NCBI GenBank assembly: GCA_023139575.1
Contig: JAGLNJ010000116.1
Coordinates: 1-51,573 of the forward strand
Reading direction: 5' to 3'
DNA length: 51,573 nt
From: Candidatus Omnitrophota bacterium
Lineage (GTDB): Bacteria > Omnitrophota > Gorgyraeia > Zapsychrales > JANLHA01
Numbering within the stretch: position 1 is the first letter of the stretch; each line of letters opens with the position of its first letter. Under the pieces are notes generated by a model that saw only the letters and a program-made list of their open reading frames with translations, made no database searches and was not told the origin of the DNA. A program made the translations under genes and the position numbers. Shown one piece after another: positions 16,393 through 26,700 of the stretch.

Positions 16393-17340
16393 TTAAACGC
16401 TCTTAATGATATCTTTGACATTCTCTCGGCGCATCACTCGCGCCCGCGCTTCTAATTGATAAAAATAATCAACCGCCCAATATAACGAATAAGAAATAGA
16501 CGCTATCGCGAGTGCCGCGCAACCACTTGCACCGTAGAAACGCCTAAAAGAAAAGCCCCTTGATCCGTGAATAACAAACTCAGTCAATATTAATATAATG
16601 CCTATACCCGCCGTAAACAATCCCCATCTATAAAACTTATACTTATCTGAGGGTTGCAGGACAATAGCGAATATGATAACAATGAGATCCTGTATGCCGC
16701 GAATAACCCGCGTGAAAAAATTGTACTTTGATATCCCGTGCTCGCGTTTGTGATGCGTGATGGGTATTTCCGTGACCTTAAATCCTTTTTGATGGGCTAA
16801 GACGGCAACAAAACGAAACAGGTCCCCGTATACATTTATTTCTTTCATCATACTCATGCGAAAACACTTCAAGCCGGAAAAATAATCGTCAAAATTTAAC
16901 CTGATCAGCAGCCGGACAATGATGTTAAAAATTTTGGAAGTAAAAACCTTGAACGCGCTGTCATGTCGATCCGTTCGCTCCCCGGAAACAACATCATACC
17001 CTTCTTCCATCTTTTCGATCAGTTTCGGAATATCTTCGGGAAGATGCTGCAAGTCACTGTCAATAATCACCGCATAATCTCCTGTTGCCACATCGAAACC
17101 CCTCTCCAAGGCGGCAGCCTTGCCCCCTCTTTCCCGAAGATTAATCACCGTGACATGCGCATAATCATTATGCATGGCCATCAGGATTTTCTCACTATCA
17201 TCCGTTGAGCCGTCATTGACAAAAATAATCTCATGTTCTTGCGTCAACTGGCTCGCCGTCTGATGCAGACGCGCAGTCAACGCAGGCAAATTTTCCGCCT
17301 CATTGTGCAAAGGGATAATAATGGATAGTTTATAACTCAT
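16393..17340 (-). CDS. GT2 polyprenyl-phosphate glycosyltransferase (DPM1/ArnC/GtrB-like)
   Basis: SIIIPLHNE, VNDGSTD, GKAAAL, IDSDLQH, GYDVVSG, R.HGISKY; C-terminal TMs. Confidence 0.9.
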   Translation of the reverse strand: MSYKLSIIIPLHNEAENLPALTARLHQTASQLTQEHEIIFVNDGSTDDSEKILMAMHNDYAHVTVINLRERGGKAAALERGFDVATGDYAVIIDSDLQHLPEDIPKLIEKMEEGYDVVSGERTDRHDSAFKVFTSKIFNIIVRLLIRLNFDDYFSGLKCFRMSMMKEINVYGDLFRFVAVLAHQKGFKVTEIPITHHKREHGISKYNFFTRVIRGIQDLIVIIFAIVLQPSDKYKFYRWGLFTAGIGIILILTEFVIHGSRGFSFRRFYGASGCAALAIASISYSLYWAVDYFYQLEARARVMRRENVKDIIKSV

Positions 17341-18692
17341 ACGAATATTTTTTTAATGAGACCCCATGCCCTTTTAAAACTGAACAGCTTAAAAACCTTT
17401 ACCGGTGATAATAAATAATATGACAGATAACACCCCGTTTGAAAACGGATTAATTCTTTTCTGCTGAATTGGTCAAATTCCAAGGCAACCCCCGCCTGCT
17501 TGCAATATTCACTCCAATCATGCGTGCGCAAGCTGTAGCCGCCTTTATTCTTCTCTGCCATATCATAAATAGCCGTCGCCGGGAAAGGGGTTAATATGGC
17601 AAAATTGGTCCGGGAAGAATAATGACGCATCTTTAAGGCGAATTTCCTGGTCTTTTTTAAAGATTCTGTTGTCTCTCCGGGTAAGCCCAAAATAAAATTC
17701 ATTTCCACACTCTTGATCCCGATTTTTTTAAATATTTTCAAAACCTTTTCTGCCTGTTGGGGGCTTGTTCCTTTACCGCATTGTTTTAAGATTTCCGGCT
17801 CGGCCGACTCAATCCCCAAGCTCACGTCCACGCAACCGGAATCTTTCATGGCCCGTATCAATTCTTCATCAACGGTATTCACCCTGGTACTGGCTATCCA
17901 TTCAATTTTAAGATTCCGTCGGATGATCTCCTGAAACACTTCCATCGCATGGGATTTCTTTAACGGAAACGTCCCGCACTTTAAAGAAAACCGCTTTAAT
18001 CCATAGGTGACGATATTGTGTTCTATTTCATCAACAATTCTTTGCGGATTTTTGTAGCGCACATTCACGCCTAAAGCCCGGAAACAAAAAACGCAGGTAT
18101 AGGGACAACCACGAAGCGGCTCAACAGGAATAATGTGATACTTATTTAAATCATAAAGATGCCAGGCCGGGAAAGGTTGCGCTTCAAGATCTTCAAACTC
18201 ACCTCGCGGAGGATTAAGATGAACACCCCCTTGATCATCACGATAAACAATGCCTTGCACCTCATTTAAAGGTGTTCCCTTGACAACCTCTTTAAATGTC
18301 GTCTCTCCTTCCCCCACCACACCGATATCAAACATAAGAAATTGTTTAAGAGTTTCTTCGGGCAAAGCGGTGACATGATGACCGCCCACCAAGGTTGCAA
18401 TACCCGGGTTCTCCTTTTTTACCGCTTCAGCAATCCGGGCGGCATCATGGGTCTCTTCGGTATAAGCCGGCATACCCAAAAACTGCGGGCAAAAAGAAAT
18501 GATCTTGTTAACAATTTCTGCTAAACCTGATCGGTCAGCCTGCGGGTCGCAAATCAAAACATCATGGCCTTCTTTGCGCAAAACGGCGGCCAGAAGAGCC
18601 ATGCCGACGCGCAAATGCGGTTCCGTATTCTGCACATTATCTTTTCGGGCAGAAACAAAAGAGCTATTCAATAAAACGATTTTTTTACTCAT
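17337..18692 (-). CDS. Cobalamin-binding radical SAM protein (class B methylase-like)
   Basis: B12-binding domain (LVGGHHVT, VGEGE), RGCPYTCVFC, GIES, FILGLPGET. Confidence 0.92.
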   Translation of the reverse strand: MSKKIVLLNSSFVSARKDNVQNTEPHLRVGMALLAAVLRKEGHDVLICDPQADRSGLAEIVNKIISFCPQFLGMPAYTEETHDAARIAEAVKKENPGIATLVGGHHVTALPEETLKQFLMFDIGVVGEGETTFKEVVKGTPLNEVQGIVYRDDQGGVHLNPPRGEFEDLEAQPFPAWHLYDLNKYHIIPVEPLRGCPYTCVFCFRALGVNVRYKNPQRIVDEIEHNIVTYGLKRFSLKCGTFPLKKSHAMEVFQEIIRRNLKIEWIASTRVNTVDEELIRAMKDSGCVDVSLGIESAEPEILKQCGKGTSPQQAEKVLKIFKKIGIKSVEMNFILGLPGETTESLKKTRKFALKMRHYSSRTNFAILTPFPATAIYDMAEKNKGGYSLRTHDWSEYCKQAGVALEFDQFSRKELIRFQTGCYLSYYLLSPVKVFKLFSFKRAWGLIKKIFV

Positions 18693-19672
18693 TTTAAATC
18701 AGCATCCGTTTTTTTTATTAACATCTCTTTATGCGCCGCTGACAGAAGAAAGTAGGGGACGGCTCCCATCAGACTGGGCAGCAGCAAGAAGAAAAATAAG
18801 TACAATATCGAGAAACCGACAATCGTTTCATCCTTGATCTCCAGAAATGAAAAGAAGAATATCAGAACCGCGTCACGTGTCCCTAGCCCGGCTATGGAAA
18901 TAGGTAAAAAGGTCAGGATCATCGCGGCTGACATGCTCACCGCCAAATACCAAAAGGGTATTTCCATGCGCAAAGAATTTGCCATTAACCTGAGCGCGAA
19001 AAAAAAAATCCCATAAGCCAGGACATTTAATAGAACAGGAACAACGACCCTGTTTGTCCTGAGCATACGCAACCCATTGATCGCCTCATCAAAATGAGAC
19101 GTCCAGCTTATTTCGTTCGACAAACCATCTGCCGGCTTTAAAAAGGGCTTAACCTGATCAATGATTTTGTGACGAAAACTATACATCACCCAGCAAAGCC
19201 CAATAACAAAAACACTGATAAGCGCCATTTCCCGAAACCAGATTTTAAACAAAACAGGGATGCCTATCAAAGCCATACATGCCACCAACGCCAGATCAAA
19301 AAAACGATCAACAAAAACATTAGCAAAGATCTGGCCCGCCACCCTTTCCGGCGCATGATATTTTTTAATAAAATATACCCGGCTCAAATCTCCTACTCGA
19401 GCCGGTGTAAAGGCCCCCATAAATGTGCCGATAAAATATATGCGTAAAGTCGATAAGATGGAACAGCTTATGCCATTAAGGCGCAATAAGGCATTCCAGC
19501 GGAGAGATTTCATCATTTGGACGAGACAGGACAGCAGACCGACAGAGAACAATAAACCGATTTGCGCCTCCTTTAATTCACCCCAAATACGGCTGATATC
19601 GATCCGATATAAAATAAAAATGAAGCCGGCAACCCCTATGAATTGATAAAGTCTTTTTGGTTTCATATGCAA
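18689..19672 (-). CDS. Lysylphosphatidylglycerol-synthase TM / UPF0104 flippase-like protein
   Basis: KSLRW, FTPARVGDLSR, DRFFD, LPISIAGLGTRD. Confidence 0.88.
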   Translation of the reverse strand: MHMKPKRLYQFIGVAGFIFILYRIDISRIWGELKEAQIGLLFSVGLLSCLVQMMKSLRWNALLRLNGISCSILSTLRIYFIGTFMGAFTPARVGDLSRVYFIKKYHAPERVAGQIFANVFVDRFFDLALVACMALIGIPVLFKIWFREMALISVFVIGLCWVMYSFRHKIIDQVKPFLKPADGLSNEISWTSHFDEAINGLRMLRTNRVVVPVLLNVLAYGIFFFALRLMANSLRMEIPFWYLAVSMSAAMILTFLPISIAGLGTRDAVLIFFFSFLEIKDETIVGFSILYLFFFLLLPSLMGAVPYFLLSAAHKEMLIKKTDADLK

Positions 19673-19682
19673 AGCGGAAAAA

Positions 19683-20630
19683 TTATGAACATCTTAAGGC
19701 GTCCAAGACCTCGGTAACGGCAACCGAGCCTTCAAGATTGTCTTGACGATTTCTGAGACCCTCAAAGAAATCCTCAAGGGCCAGGCGCAGGTTGTGACTT
19801 TCATCTATTTGAAAAGACTTCTCTTCCCGGATAAGATCCGGATCTAAAACGTTTTTATCCTGTCGATATACGCTGAGTTTAACGGAATCGGGAACCATGC
19901 AGTCATAAATGATCGTACCCTGCTCGCCGTAGATAAAAACTTTTTTCTCACTCTCGGGACAATGCAGGCTTAAATCAATGAATCCCTTAACACGGGCATC
20001 TTTTGTTTGAAAGGTAATAATCCCGGATGTGATCACGTCATTAGTAACCATGGTTGTTTGTGCAGAAAATTGCATGGTATTCAGCGGAAGAAAGAGGTTG
20101 ATAATGGACAACGCATGCGATCCGATAAGGGCATACACATCATAATCCGTGAAGCGTCCTAATTGGCGGATGAAAACATCAATACTCTTTAAGTCCCCGA
20201 TGACCCCTTCGTTTATCATTTTCTGGACCATCTTCAATGCCTTGGAAAAAGTAAATGTATATTCGGTCATCAAAACCTTTTTCTTCTCCTTTGCCAGGGA
20301 CTGCAGTTCATGGGCTTCCTGCCTGGTCATGGTAATGGGCTTTTCCACCAAAACATTCTTATTATTCATAAGCGCCTGCTTGGTCAAGGCGTAATGCGTA
20401 ATAATAGGTGTAGCGATAACAACCTGGCCGACATCCTCGTCCCGCCAAACGCGTTCGATATCAGGAACAAATTCTGCGCCGTATTCCTTTCCAATGTTTT
20501 CCTGTGTAAGATTTTTTAACGAACGGAAATGCACGTATTTGAGGTGAAACTGCTCGCTTTTTTTGAGATAGGAGTATAGTTTCTTTCCCCAATAGCCATA
20601 TCCCAATAAAGCAATATTTTTTTTATTCAT
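19683..20630 (-). CDS. Gfo/Idh/MocA-family oxidoreductase
   Basis: IALLGYGYWG, IATP..TH, NVLVEKP; ATG 20630 (alternative 20639). Confidence 0.9.
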   Translation of the reverse strand: MNKKNIALLGYGYWGKKLYSYLKKSEQFHLKYVHFRSLKNLTQENIGKEYGAEFVPDIERVWRDEDVGQVVIATPIITHYALTKQALMNNKNVLVEKPITMTRQEAHELQSLAKEKKKVLMTEYTFTFSKALKMVQKMINEGVIGDLKSIDVFIRQLGRFTDYDVYALIGSHALSIINLFLPLNTMQFSAQTTMVTNDVITSGIITFQTKDARVKGFIDLSLHCPESEKKVFIYGEQGTIIYDCMVPDSVKLSVYRQDKNVLDPDLIREEKSFQIDESHNLRLALEDFFEGLRNRQDNLEGSVAVTEVLDALRCS

Positions 20631-20631
20631 A

Positions 20632-21771
20632 TTATGCATCCCTGATCGATTGAATGGCGTTAAACTCGCGGTTGATTTCAAAGGCCATACGGTTGCATCG
20701 CGCCCCGTGGCTGAAGCATTCAAAACAGCGAAAATCCGGATCCTGCCCCTTAAGAATCATTTTTTCCAATTCTTTGACGGTTTCGGGAATCGGCCCGATA
20801 ATACCGTAACTAAATGTCGGCGATCCGATGCTTGAACAACGATAAACGTTACCGTCCGCAGCTAAAGTGATCTGATAATAGGTATAAATGCATTGAGAAT
20901 AATTCATCTGGTCAACATCCTGATTAGAAGGCGGAAAATAAAAGATGAACGGTCTTTGCTGTGTATCAAGTGAGATATATTTCTGAAGGCGCCGCTCATA
21001 ATCAATATTTTGCGGTACCTCAACGGTTTCTTTATAGTTATGGACTTTATCAAACGACTTACCGTATTGGTCATAGGGAATGGAGAAACGCAGCGAATCC
21101 ACTTCAAGCTCTCGGGTGATTTCGACTATCCGGGCAATCTCTTCATCCGAAGAATTGAAGCGGTTCATCAAATAGCATACCCGCACAGCCGGATTATCGG
21201 GATTCTGATCTCGAAACTTCACCATCATCCGAATGCCTTCAATAATGTCGTCAAAATAATTTTTATCGAGATTTTTGGTTTTCATGTGGCTTTCCGGCGT
21301 TCCCGCATCAAGGCTCACCGACACATAATCCTTATGCTCCATCATCCGAAAAACTGTGGTCAGAAAGCCGCTCTCCGATTCCATCGCCTTCAGACGAGAT
21401 CCATTGGTATGAATACCGAAGAAAACTTTATGTTTTTTAGTAACTTTGAGAAAGTCTAAAAGGTGAGGATTTAAAAGCGGCTCAGTGTAGGCGCCGCCAT
21501 AAATATAATATTCACATTTATCCGGGCCGATCTCATCAATAAGCTTTAAGGCCCGCGGTTCATCCATCCCCAAGGCCTGATTAAGGAGCCCTCCCTGACA
21601 GTAATAGCATTTGAAATCACAGGCCCGCTCCTTATCACCCGGAAGGTGGATTTCTAACTGGCGCGGGTAAACCAATTCTCCGGAAAAGACCTTTTTAAGA
21701 CTCCCCCCCAGAAAATTTTTGAGGATTTCCAAATAATTATAATTTTTAAGGCGATTTTTTGATTCTTGCAT
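20632..21771 (-). CDS. Radical SAM protein with C-terminal twitch/SPASM-like Cys cluster
   Basis: CDFKCYYC, GGAYTEP, HTNG, VSLDAG; C-terminal CIYTYY..AADGNVYRC...CFEC....C. Confidence 0.88.
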   Translation of the reverse strand: MQESKNRLKNYNYLEILKNFLGGSLKKVFSGELVYPRQLEIHLPGDKERACDFKCYYCQGGLLNQALGMDEPRALKLIDEIGPDKCEYYIYGGAYTEPLLNPHLLDFLKVTKKHKVFFGIHTNGSRLKAMESESGFLTTVFRMMEHKDYVSVSLDAGTPESHMKTKNLDKNYFDDIIEGIRMMVKFRDQNPDNPAVRVCYLMNRFNSSDEEIARIVEITRELEVDSLRFSIPYDQYGKSFDKVHNYKETVEVPQNIDYERRLQKYISLDTQQRPFIFYFPPSNQDVDQMNYSQCIYTYYQITLAADGNVYRCSSIGSPTFSYGIIGPIPETVKELEKMILKGQDPDFRCFECFSHGARCNRMAFEINREFNAIQSIRDA

Positions 21772-22011
21772 TTCTTTTATATATAAATCTAATTTTATTG
21801 ATATATTACCCCCAAAATATTTTTAAAACAAGCAATATAGTCAAAAAAAATTATTAATCTCTTTATACGCCAAACCGCAAGATAAAACTGGACTTTGGGA
21901 TTAATTTATATATAATCTTAAGCTTAGACAGAATGATACACATCAAATCCAGATTTTTATCTTTAGGTATAAATTAACGCCAAACAACCATTATTAACAA
22001 AGGAATGAAAC

Positions 22012-23019
22012 ATGACTTCTTACAAGGAATTAGGGTTTGTTAATACCCGCGAAATGTTTAAGAAAGCCATGGCAGGCAAATATGCTGTTCCTGCCTATAA
22101 TTTCAACAATATGGAGCAGATTCAAGCCATCATTACTGCCTGCCTTGAATCGCAATCTCCTGTTATTTTGCAAGTCTCAAGCGGCGCCCGCAAATATGCC
22201 GACCAGACACTTCTCAAATACATGGGGCAAGGCGCTATTGAAATGATGCGCACCCATGCCAAAGAAAAAGGCCTGAAAGAAATACCGATCGCCCTTCATT
22301 TGGACCATGGCGACACTTTTGAATTATGTAAATCATGCGTGGAATCCGGTTTTTCTTCAGTTATGATCGATGGTTCGCATCATCCTTATGACAAGAATGT
22401 TGAATTAACCAAACAAGTTGTGGCATACGCTCACCAGCATGATGTCACCGTTGAAGGCGAACTCGGCATCTTGGCCGGCATCGAAGATGATGTTGTCGCG
22501 GAAAAGTCATCATATACCAATCCGGAAGAAGTTGTCGATTTTGTTCAGAAAACCGGCGTTGATTCGCTGGCCATCTCTATCGGGACATCTCATGGGGCTA
22601 ATAAATTCAAACCTGAACAATGCACGCAGAATGAAGACGGCGTTTACATTCCACCGCCATTGCGTTTTGATATTCTCGAAGAAATTGAAAAACAAATCCC
22701 CGGCTTCACGATCGTTCTGCACGGTTCTTCTTCCGTTCCGGTTGAGGCGGTAAAGATCATCAATGATAACGGCGGGGCTTTAAAGGATTCAGTCGGGATC
22801 CCTGAAGAACAGATCCGTACTGCTGCTCAATCAGCTGTGTGTAAAGTGAACATCGACTCTGACGGCCGTCTCTGGATGACCGCCGCCGTCCGAAAGCATT
22901 TTAACGATAAACCGGCTGATTTCGATCCAAGAAAATATCTTGGGCCGGCACGTGTTGCGCTCATCGAGATGTATAAGCATAAAAACGAAAGTGTCCTCGG
23001 CTCAGCAGGCCAGGCATAA
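22012..23019 (+). CDS. fba: Class II fructose-1,6-bisphosphate aldolase
   Basis: AYNFNNME, LHLDHG, SSVMIDGSH, VEGELG, GTSHG, LHGSS, KVNIDSD, FDPRKYL. Confidence 0.96.
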   Translation: MTSYKELGFVNTREMFKKAMAGKYAVPAYNFNNMEQIQAIITACLESQSPVILQVSSGARKYADQTLLKYMGQGAIEMMRTHAKEKGLKEIPIALHLDHGDTFELCKSCVESGFSSVMIDGSHHPYDKNVELTKQVVAYAHQHDVTVEGELGILAGIEDDVVAEKSSYTNPEEVVDFVQKTGVDSLAISIGTSHGANKFKPEQCTQNEDGVYIPPPLRFDILEEIEKQIPGFTIVLHGSSSVPVEAVKIINDNGGALKDSVGIPEEQIRTAAQSAVCKVNIDSDGRLWMTAAVRKHFNDKPADFDPRKYLGPARVALIEMYKHKNESVLGSAGQA

Positions 23020-23036
23020 AGTATTGAATATCTAAT

Positions 23037-23076
23037 AATGGGGCACCCCGCCGGCAGTGAGGTGCCCCATTTTTTA
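23037..23076 (+). terminator. Rho-independent terminator after fba
   Basis: AATGGGGCACC...GGTGCCCCATT stem followed by T run. Confidence 0.85.
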
Positions 23077-23081
23077 TCTCT

Positions 23082-24017
23082 TTAAAAAAGCAGTAATTCT
23101 ATCTCATCAATGTTGAAACTCTCCCCTTCACCGCTGCGCTGTAAAATCATATATTTTCGCGTAACCAACGCTGCCTTCTCAACACTTCCCATGGCTGAAA
23201 GGCTGTCCGCTAAAAGCCGATACGCATCAATCGCATGAGGATTAAGAGCAATCAATTCCTGGGCGTTTTTTAAAGACTCAACATAATTCTGCAAATGATA
23301 CAACGCCACCCCCTTTTGCCATGTGAAAACACCGTCGGCATTAAGCCCCATACTGATAGCGGCCAAGGAATTATACCTCATAATTTTATATTTCTTTTCA
23401 TGTAAACAGCATTGATTAAGCAAGACAAAAGTATCGCGATAAGCATCCCTTAATCTTTCTGACAATTCCCTGGTCAGATCTTCTCCTTTACGGTGTTGAA
23501 TAAAAGGAAATATGATCGGCGATGACGTTATAAAATGAAAAACCTCCTCTTTTGACGGGGCTAAAGCCTGCAGGAGAAACCTCATCGCGTCCTGATACTT
23601 TCCTTCCTTAAAAGAAATAGCCCCCAAATTATAGCTCAGCGTAAAATACTCCGGGGCTATTTCAACGGCCCGTTGGTAATACTCATACGACTTCTCCTTC
23701 TCTCCAAGATAATAATTACAAAATCCCAGCATACTGTAGGCACCATACCTATCGGCCCCGGGGGGAGAATATTTCATTATGTGCTCATAATACTGTTTGG
23801 CATCGGCAAAGATCTTCTGATCTGCTTCGGCATAACCGCCTTGATATGATGCAAAAGCAGTTAAATCCGGCATCAACCGGCTTGTGGCGAACGCCTTGGC
23901 TGATGTCCAGGCATCATTGCTTTTAAAAACACAAATTGCCGAAATAGTTAAAAGCAGATAAACGAATCCTAAGCGGAATCCCAGGGCTTGAGGATATTTT
24001 TTCAACCGATTAAACAC
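23082..24017 (-). CDS. Membrane-anchored TPR protein
   Basis: N-terminal TM; AYSMLGFCNYYLG, YQRAVEIAPE, YNLGAI TPR patterns. Confidence 0.8.
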   Translation of the reverse strand: MFNRLKKYPQALGFRLGFVYLLLTISAICVFKSNDAWTSAKAFATSRLMPDLTAFASYQGGYAEADQKIFADAKQYYEHIMKYSPPGADRYGAYSMLGFCNYYLGEKEKSYEYYQRAVEIAPEYFTLSYNLGAISFKEGKYQDAMRFLLQALAPSKEEVFHFITSSPIIFPFIQHRKGEDLTRELSERLRDAYRDTFVLLNQCCLHEKKYKIMRYNSLAAISMGLNADGVFTWQKGVALYHLQNYVESLKNAQELIALNPHAIDAYRLLADSLSAMGSVEKAALVTRKYMILQRSGEGESFNIDEIELLLF

Positions 24018-26181
24018 GCCTTCTTTCTTCTTTCCATGACATAATGATCAAGCTGATAAATACAGCAGAAAACACCACCAAACAAAAAATGTGAAACACA
24101 TAGTCGCTGAATTTTCCAAATCGGAAAAAAAGAATATTCTCCCCCGGAGGAACCCACACCCCTTTAAAGGCCGTGTCAGCAGGATACAGCGCAGTTTTGC
24201 TGCCATTAATAAACGCCTGCCACTTGCTATGATAGGCATCATGATAGACAAGAAATTTCTCTTTTGGAAAATCCGTCTTAATTTTCAAGCTGTTGGCATC
24301 AAAGGCAAGAACTTGCAATTCCGGGGAATTCTCCTCAAAAAACTGCGGATATCTTCTGCCTGTGCCCCCCCTTAAAGCATCTTCTTTAAGGCTGTCTTTC
24401 GGCACATAGGCGATGTTCTTCACATGTGATACTTTTTTCTCAAGATCAATAAAATTTTCTTCCTGGACGTATTGGGCAGCATCGTAAGCGACAAACTTAT
24501 GGCTGAAATAACTGCGAAAGAGATAATGATTAATATTCATATTCAGCAGATTAACACCCCTCATCGCATAATATATCGACCGGGGCTGCCACTGTGGAAT
24601 AGGTCGATCTTCCGCCGCACCGATATCAATGAGTTCTTGATAGGGAATGGCCTCACCCCAATCATTATTTGTGAATAAAAATTCTTGTGAAAAGTTGTCG
24701 TATCGATTGGGTGTTTGAGGCGCATTGACATTCTTACTGAAATAATGATAAACCTGCAAGGGCTGGATCAAAATAATAAAAAACAGGAGAAGAAACAGCC
24801 ATCCCCTTTTATTTTTAAATATTCCCAAATAGTATAAATGAAAAACCGCCAAACTCCCCCCTATCGACAGAAAAGAACTGGCAATCGGCCGCTCAAAGAT
24901 AATCATCAGTACCACTGAAACAATATGCACCATCCAAATAACGATCAGCGCCCAGGCCTTATGCCTGTTCGGGGCTGTTAGCAGGCTGAAAATCCTTCCT
25001 AATATATCAACCATTAACAGGATCAGGAGTGGCAGCACGGCAAACCATAAAAAGAAATGGAAATTCCGGAAGTATTTAAAGTAAAAGACATGCTGATACA
25101 AAATTTTATACAAGGGAGTGAATTTCGGAGCGCTCAGCAGAAAGAAAAAAATCAGAGAACAAACAAAAAATAAAATCCGTTTATTAACCTTGATAATTGC
25201 TCCCGAAATTAATAAAAGATACCCGAATAACGGAATATAAAAAACGGCAAATTTGAACCGACTCAACTCGTTGAGAAAAGCGTACGAAAAAAAGATTTCT
25301 TCCAAAATTGACCAGATGCCAATGGTGGCAACATGCACACCTAACACATTAGAGGTCGTCTTAAGGGACTGGCGTCCGGGCAGGCTCATCTCCCCTTGCG
25401 AGGCTCTTATAAAAAATAATATGCCTGGTAATACGGCTATCATGATGGCTCCCAGACACAACAACACCAGCAGTTTATTCTCTTTAACAAACCCGACCCA
25501 TCTACGCCAGATAACAGGAATGGTCGATGCGTAAACTAAAAAAAAGACAGCCGCAAGCAGGATTACGCATGTCAGGAAATAAAACGGAATATATGTGGTC
25601 AATAGCAGCATGATAGTAAATGTCATGCCAACTAAAAGACTCTTCTGCGGCTGGCGGCAGAATCGAAATATAAGACAAAAGAACCAGATCATCGGGACAA
25701 AAACTAAAACAATATATGAATCAAATATCCTCGTACCCATTGACGAAAATAGTAACAAGAGAAAAGCCGTAAAGGCAAGAAGCCGGTCTCGAAAAATATC
25801 CCGGGCCAGCATATAAAAGCCTGTTGTTCCCAGAAAGAAGTAGAAAGAATGAAACAGAAGATATGCCGTCTTGAAGGGGAAATTAAATATTTTATGGAAT
25901 ATGAGAATCAGCGCTAAGAAAGGATTGAAACAGCCGATGCGCATCAGGAAAAAATCATTATTCGACCCGAAGTTCCACTGCGGATCCCATAAAGGAATAA
26001 CACCTTTTGCCAAGTTATCTAAATAAAATTTGGTGTGTTCGTAATAAGAAATGGCATCTGAAGTGATGTCTAACTTGCAGAAAAGAAAATCGCGGAAAAG
26101 AAAAAGCCAAACAGCAAATGAAACGGCAAATAATAAAAAAACCCCTTTGCCGCCCCACTCTTTATTTCGTTTGGCGTTCAT
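24010..26181 (-). CDS. YfhO-like GT-C fold polytopic membrane protein
   Basis: SDAISYY, GVIPLWDP, many TMs, C-terminal FLVYHDAYHSKWQAFING...AFKGVWVPPGEN. Confidence 0.82.
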   Translation of the reverse strand: MNAKRNKEWGGKGVFLLFAVSFAVWLFLFRDFLFCKLDITSDAISYYEHTKFYLDNLAKGVIPLWDPQWNFGSNNDFFLMRIGCFNPFLALILIFHKIFNFPFKTAYLLFHSFYFFLGTTGFYMLARDIFRDRLLAFTAFLLLLFSSMGTRIFDSYIVLVFVPMIWFFCLIFRFCRQPQKSLLVGMTFTIMLLLTTYIPFYFLTCVILLAAVFFLVYASTIPVIWRRWVGFVKENKLLVLLCLGAIMIAVLPGILFFIRASQGEMSLPGRQSLKTTSNVLGVHVATIGIWSILEEIFFSYAFLNELSRFKFAVFYIPLFGYLLLISGAIIKVNKRILFFVCSLIFFFLLSAPKFTPLYKILYQHVFYFKYFRNFHFFLWFAVLPLLILLMVDILGRIFSLLTAPNRHKAWALIVIWMVHIVSVVLMIIFERPIASSFLSIGGSLAVFHLYYLGIFKNKRGWLFLLLFFIILIQPLQVYHYFSKNVNAPQTPNRYDNFSQEFLFTNNDWGEAIPYQELIDIGAAEDRPIPQWQPRSIYYAMRGVNLLNMNINHYLFRSYFSHKFVAYDAAQYVQEENFIDLEKKVSHVKNIAYVPKDSLKEDALRGGTGRRYPQFFEENSPELQVLAFDANSLKIKTDFPKEKFLVYHDAYHSKWQAFINGSKTALYPADTAFKGVWVPPGENILFFRFGKFSDYVFHIFCLVVFSAVFISLIIMSWKEERRRV

Positions 26182-26204
26182 GAAGAAAAAATAATCCTTC
26201 CTTT

Positions 26205-26426
26205 TTAAATAATGCCGCGATAACGATCCATCCCATCATTAACGGCCTTGAGAAAAGCGGGAAACTTACGCGAGGGGATCACCATTTCCGTCACCTTTTC
26301 CCGGGTCACATCTTCAAAAATCATGGTCATCCCTTTCCGTCCGTCTTCATCCACAAAATGCTTTATATATACACTATAATGAGTTCCCAGATAATCCCAC
26401 TCAATTAAATCATTAACTTTCGGCAT
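26205..26426 (-). CDS. Small hypothetical protein (73 aa)
   Basis: Strong SD GAAAGGAG before ATG; co-directional with the downstream GT-C gene. Confidence 0.7.
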   Translation of the reverse strand: MPKVNDLIEWDYLGTHYSVYIKHFVDEDGRKGMTMIFEDVTREKVTEMVIPSRKFPAFLKAVNDGMDRYRGII

Positions 26427-26483
26427 AAAACTCCTTTCGGACAGAAAAAAATATTTTCCTTAAATATTCATTTATCTCTCATC

Positions 26484-26575
26484 GTCATCACCCGGTTTTC
26501 GCCTGAGGCGAATCTGCCTTTGGCGCGATAACCGGGTGATCCATTCCAGATCCTCCGGCCGCGCCGGAGGATGGC
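26484..26575. repeat. Composite REP-like palindromic element, copy 2
   Basis: GTCAT-CACCCGG..[GAGGCGAATCTGCCTT]..CCGGGTGA-linker-GATCCTCCGG.CCGCG.CCGGAGGATGGC. Confidence 0.8.
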
Positions 26576-26700
26576 TGACAATTCTTCCTAATCAAAAACC
26601 CCGCCCCTAAAAGCCAATTCCATTCATAAATCGCTTGCGCCGTGTTCATTCTTCATCTAAAATTGATACATTAATTTACTCGAGCGATTGTTATTCTCTC

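Noticed and set aside
12291-26575. CRISPR array or integron attC interpretation of the hairpin repeats
   Set aside because: Only two dispersed copies, no regular repeat-spacer period, no attC core boxes recognised, and no cas or intI gene
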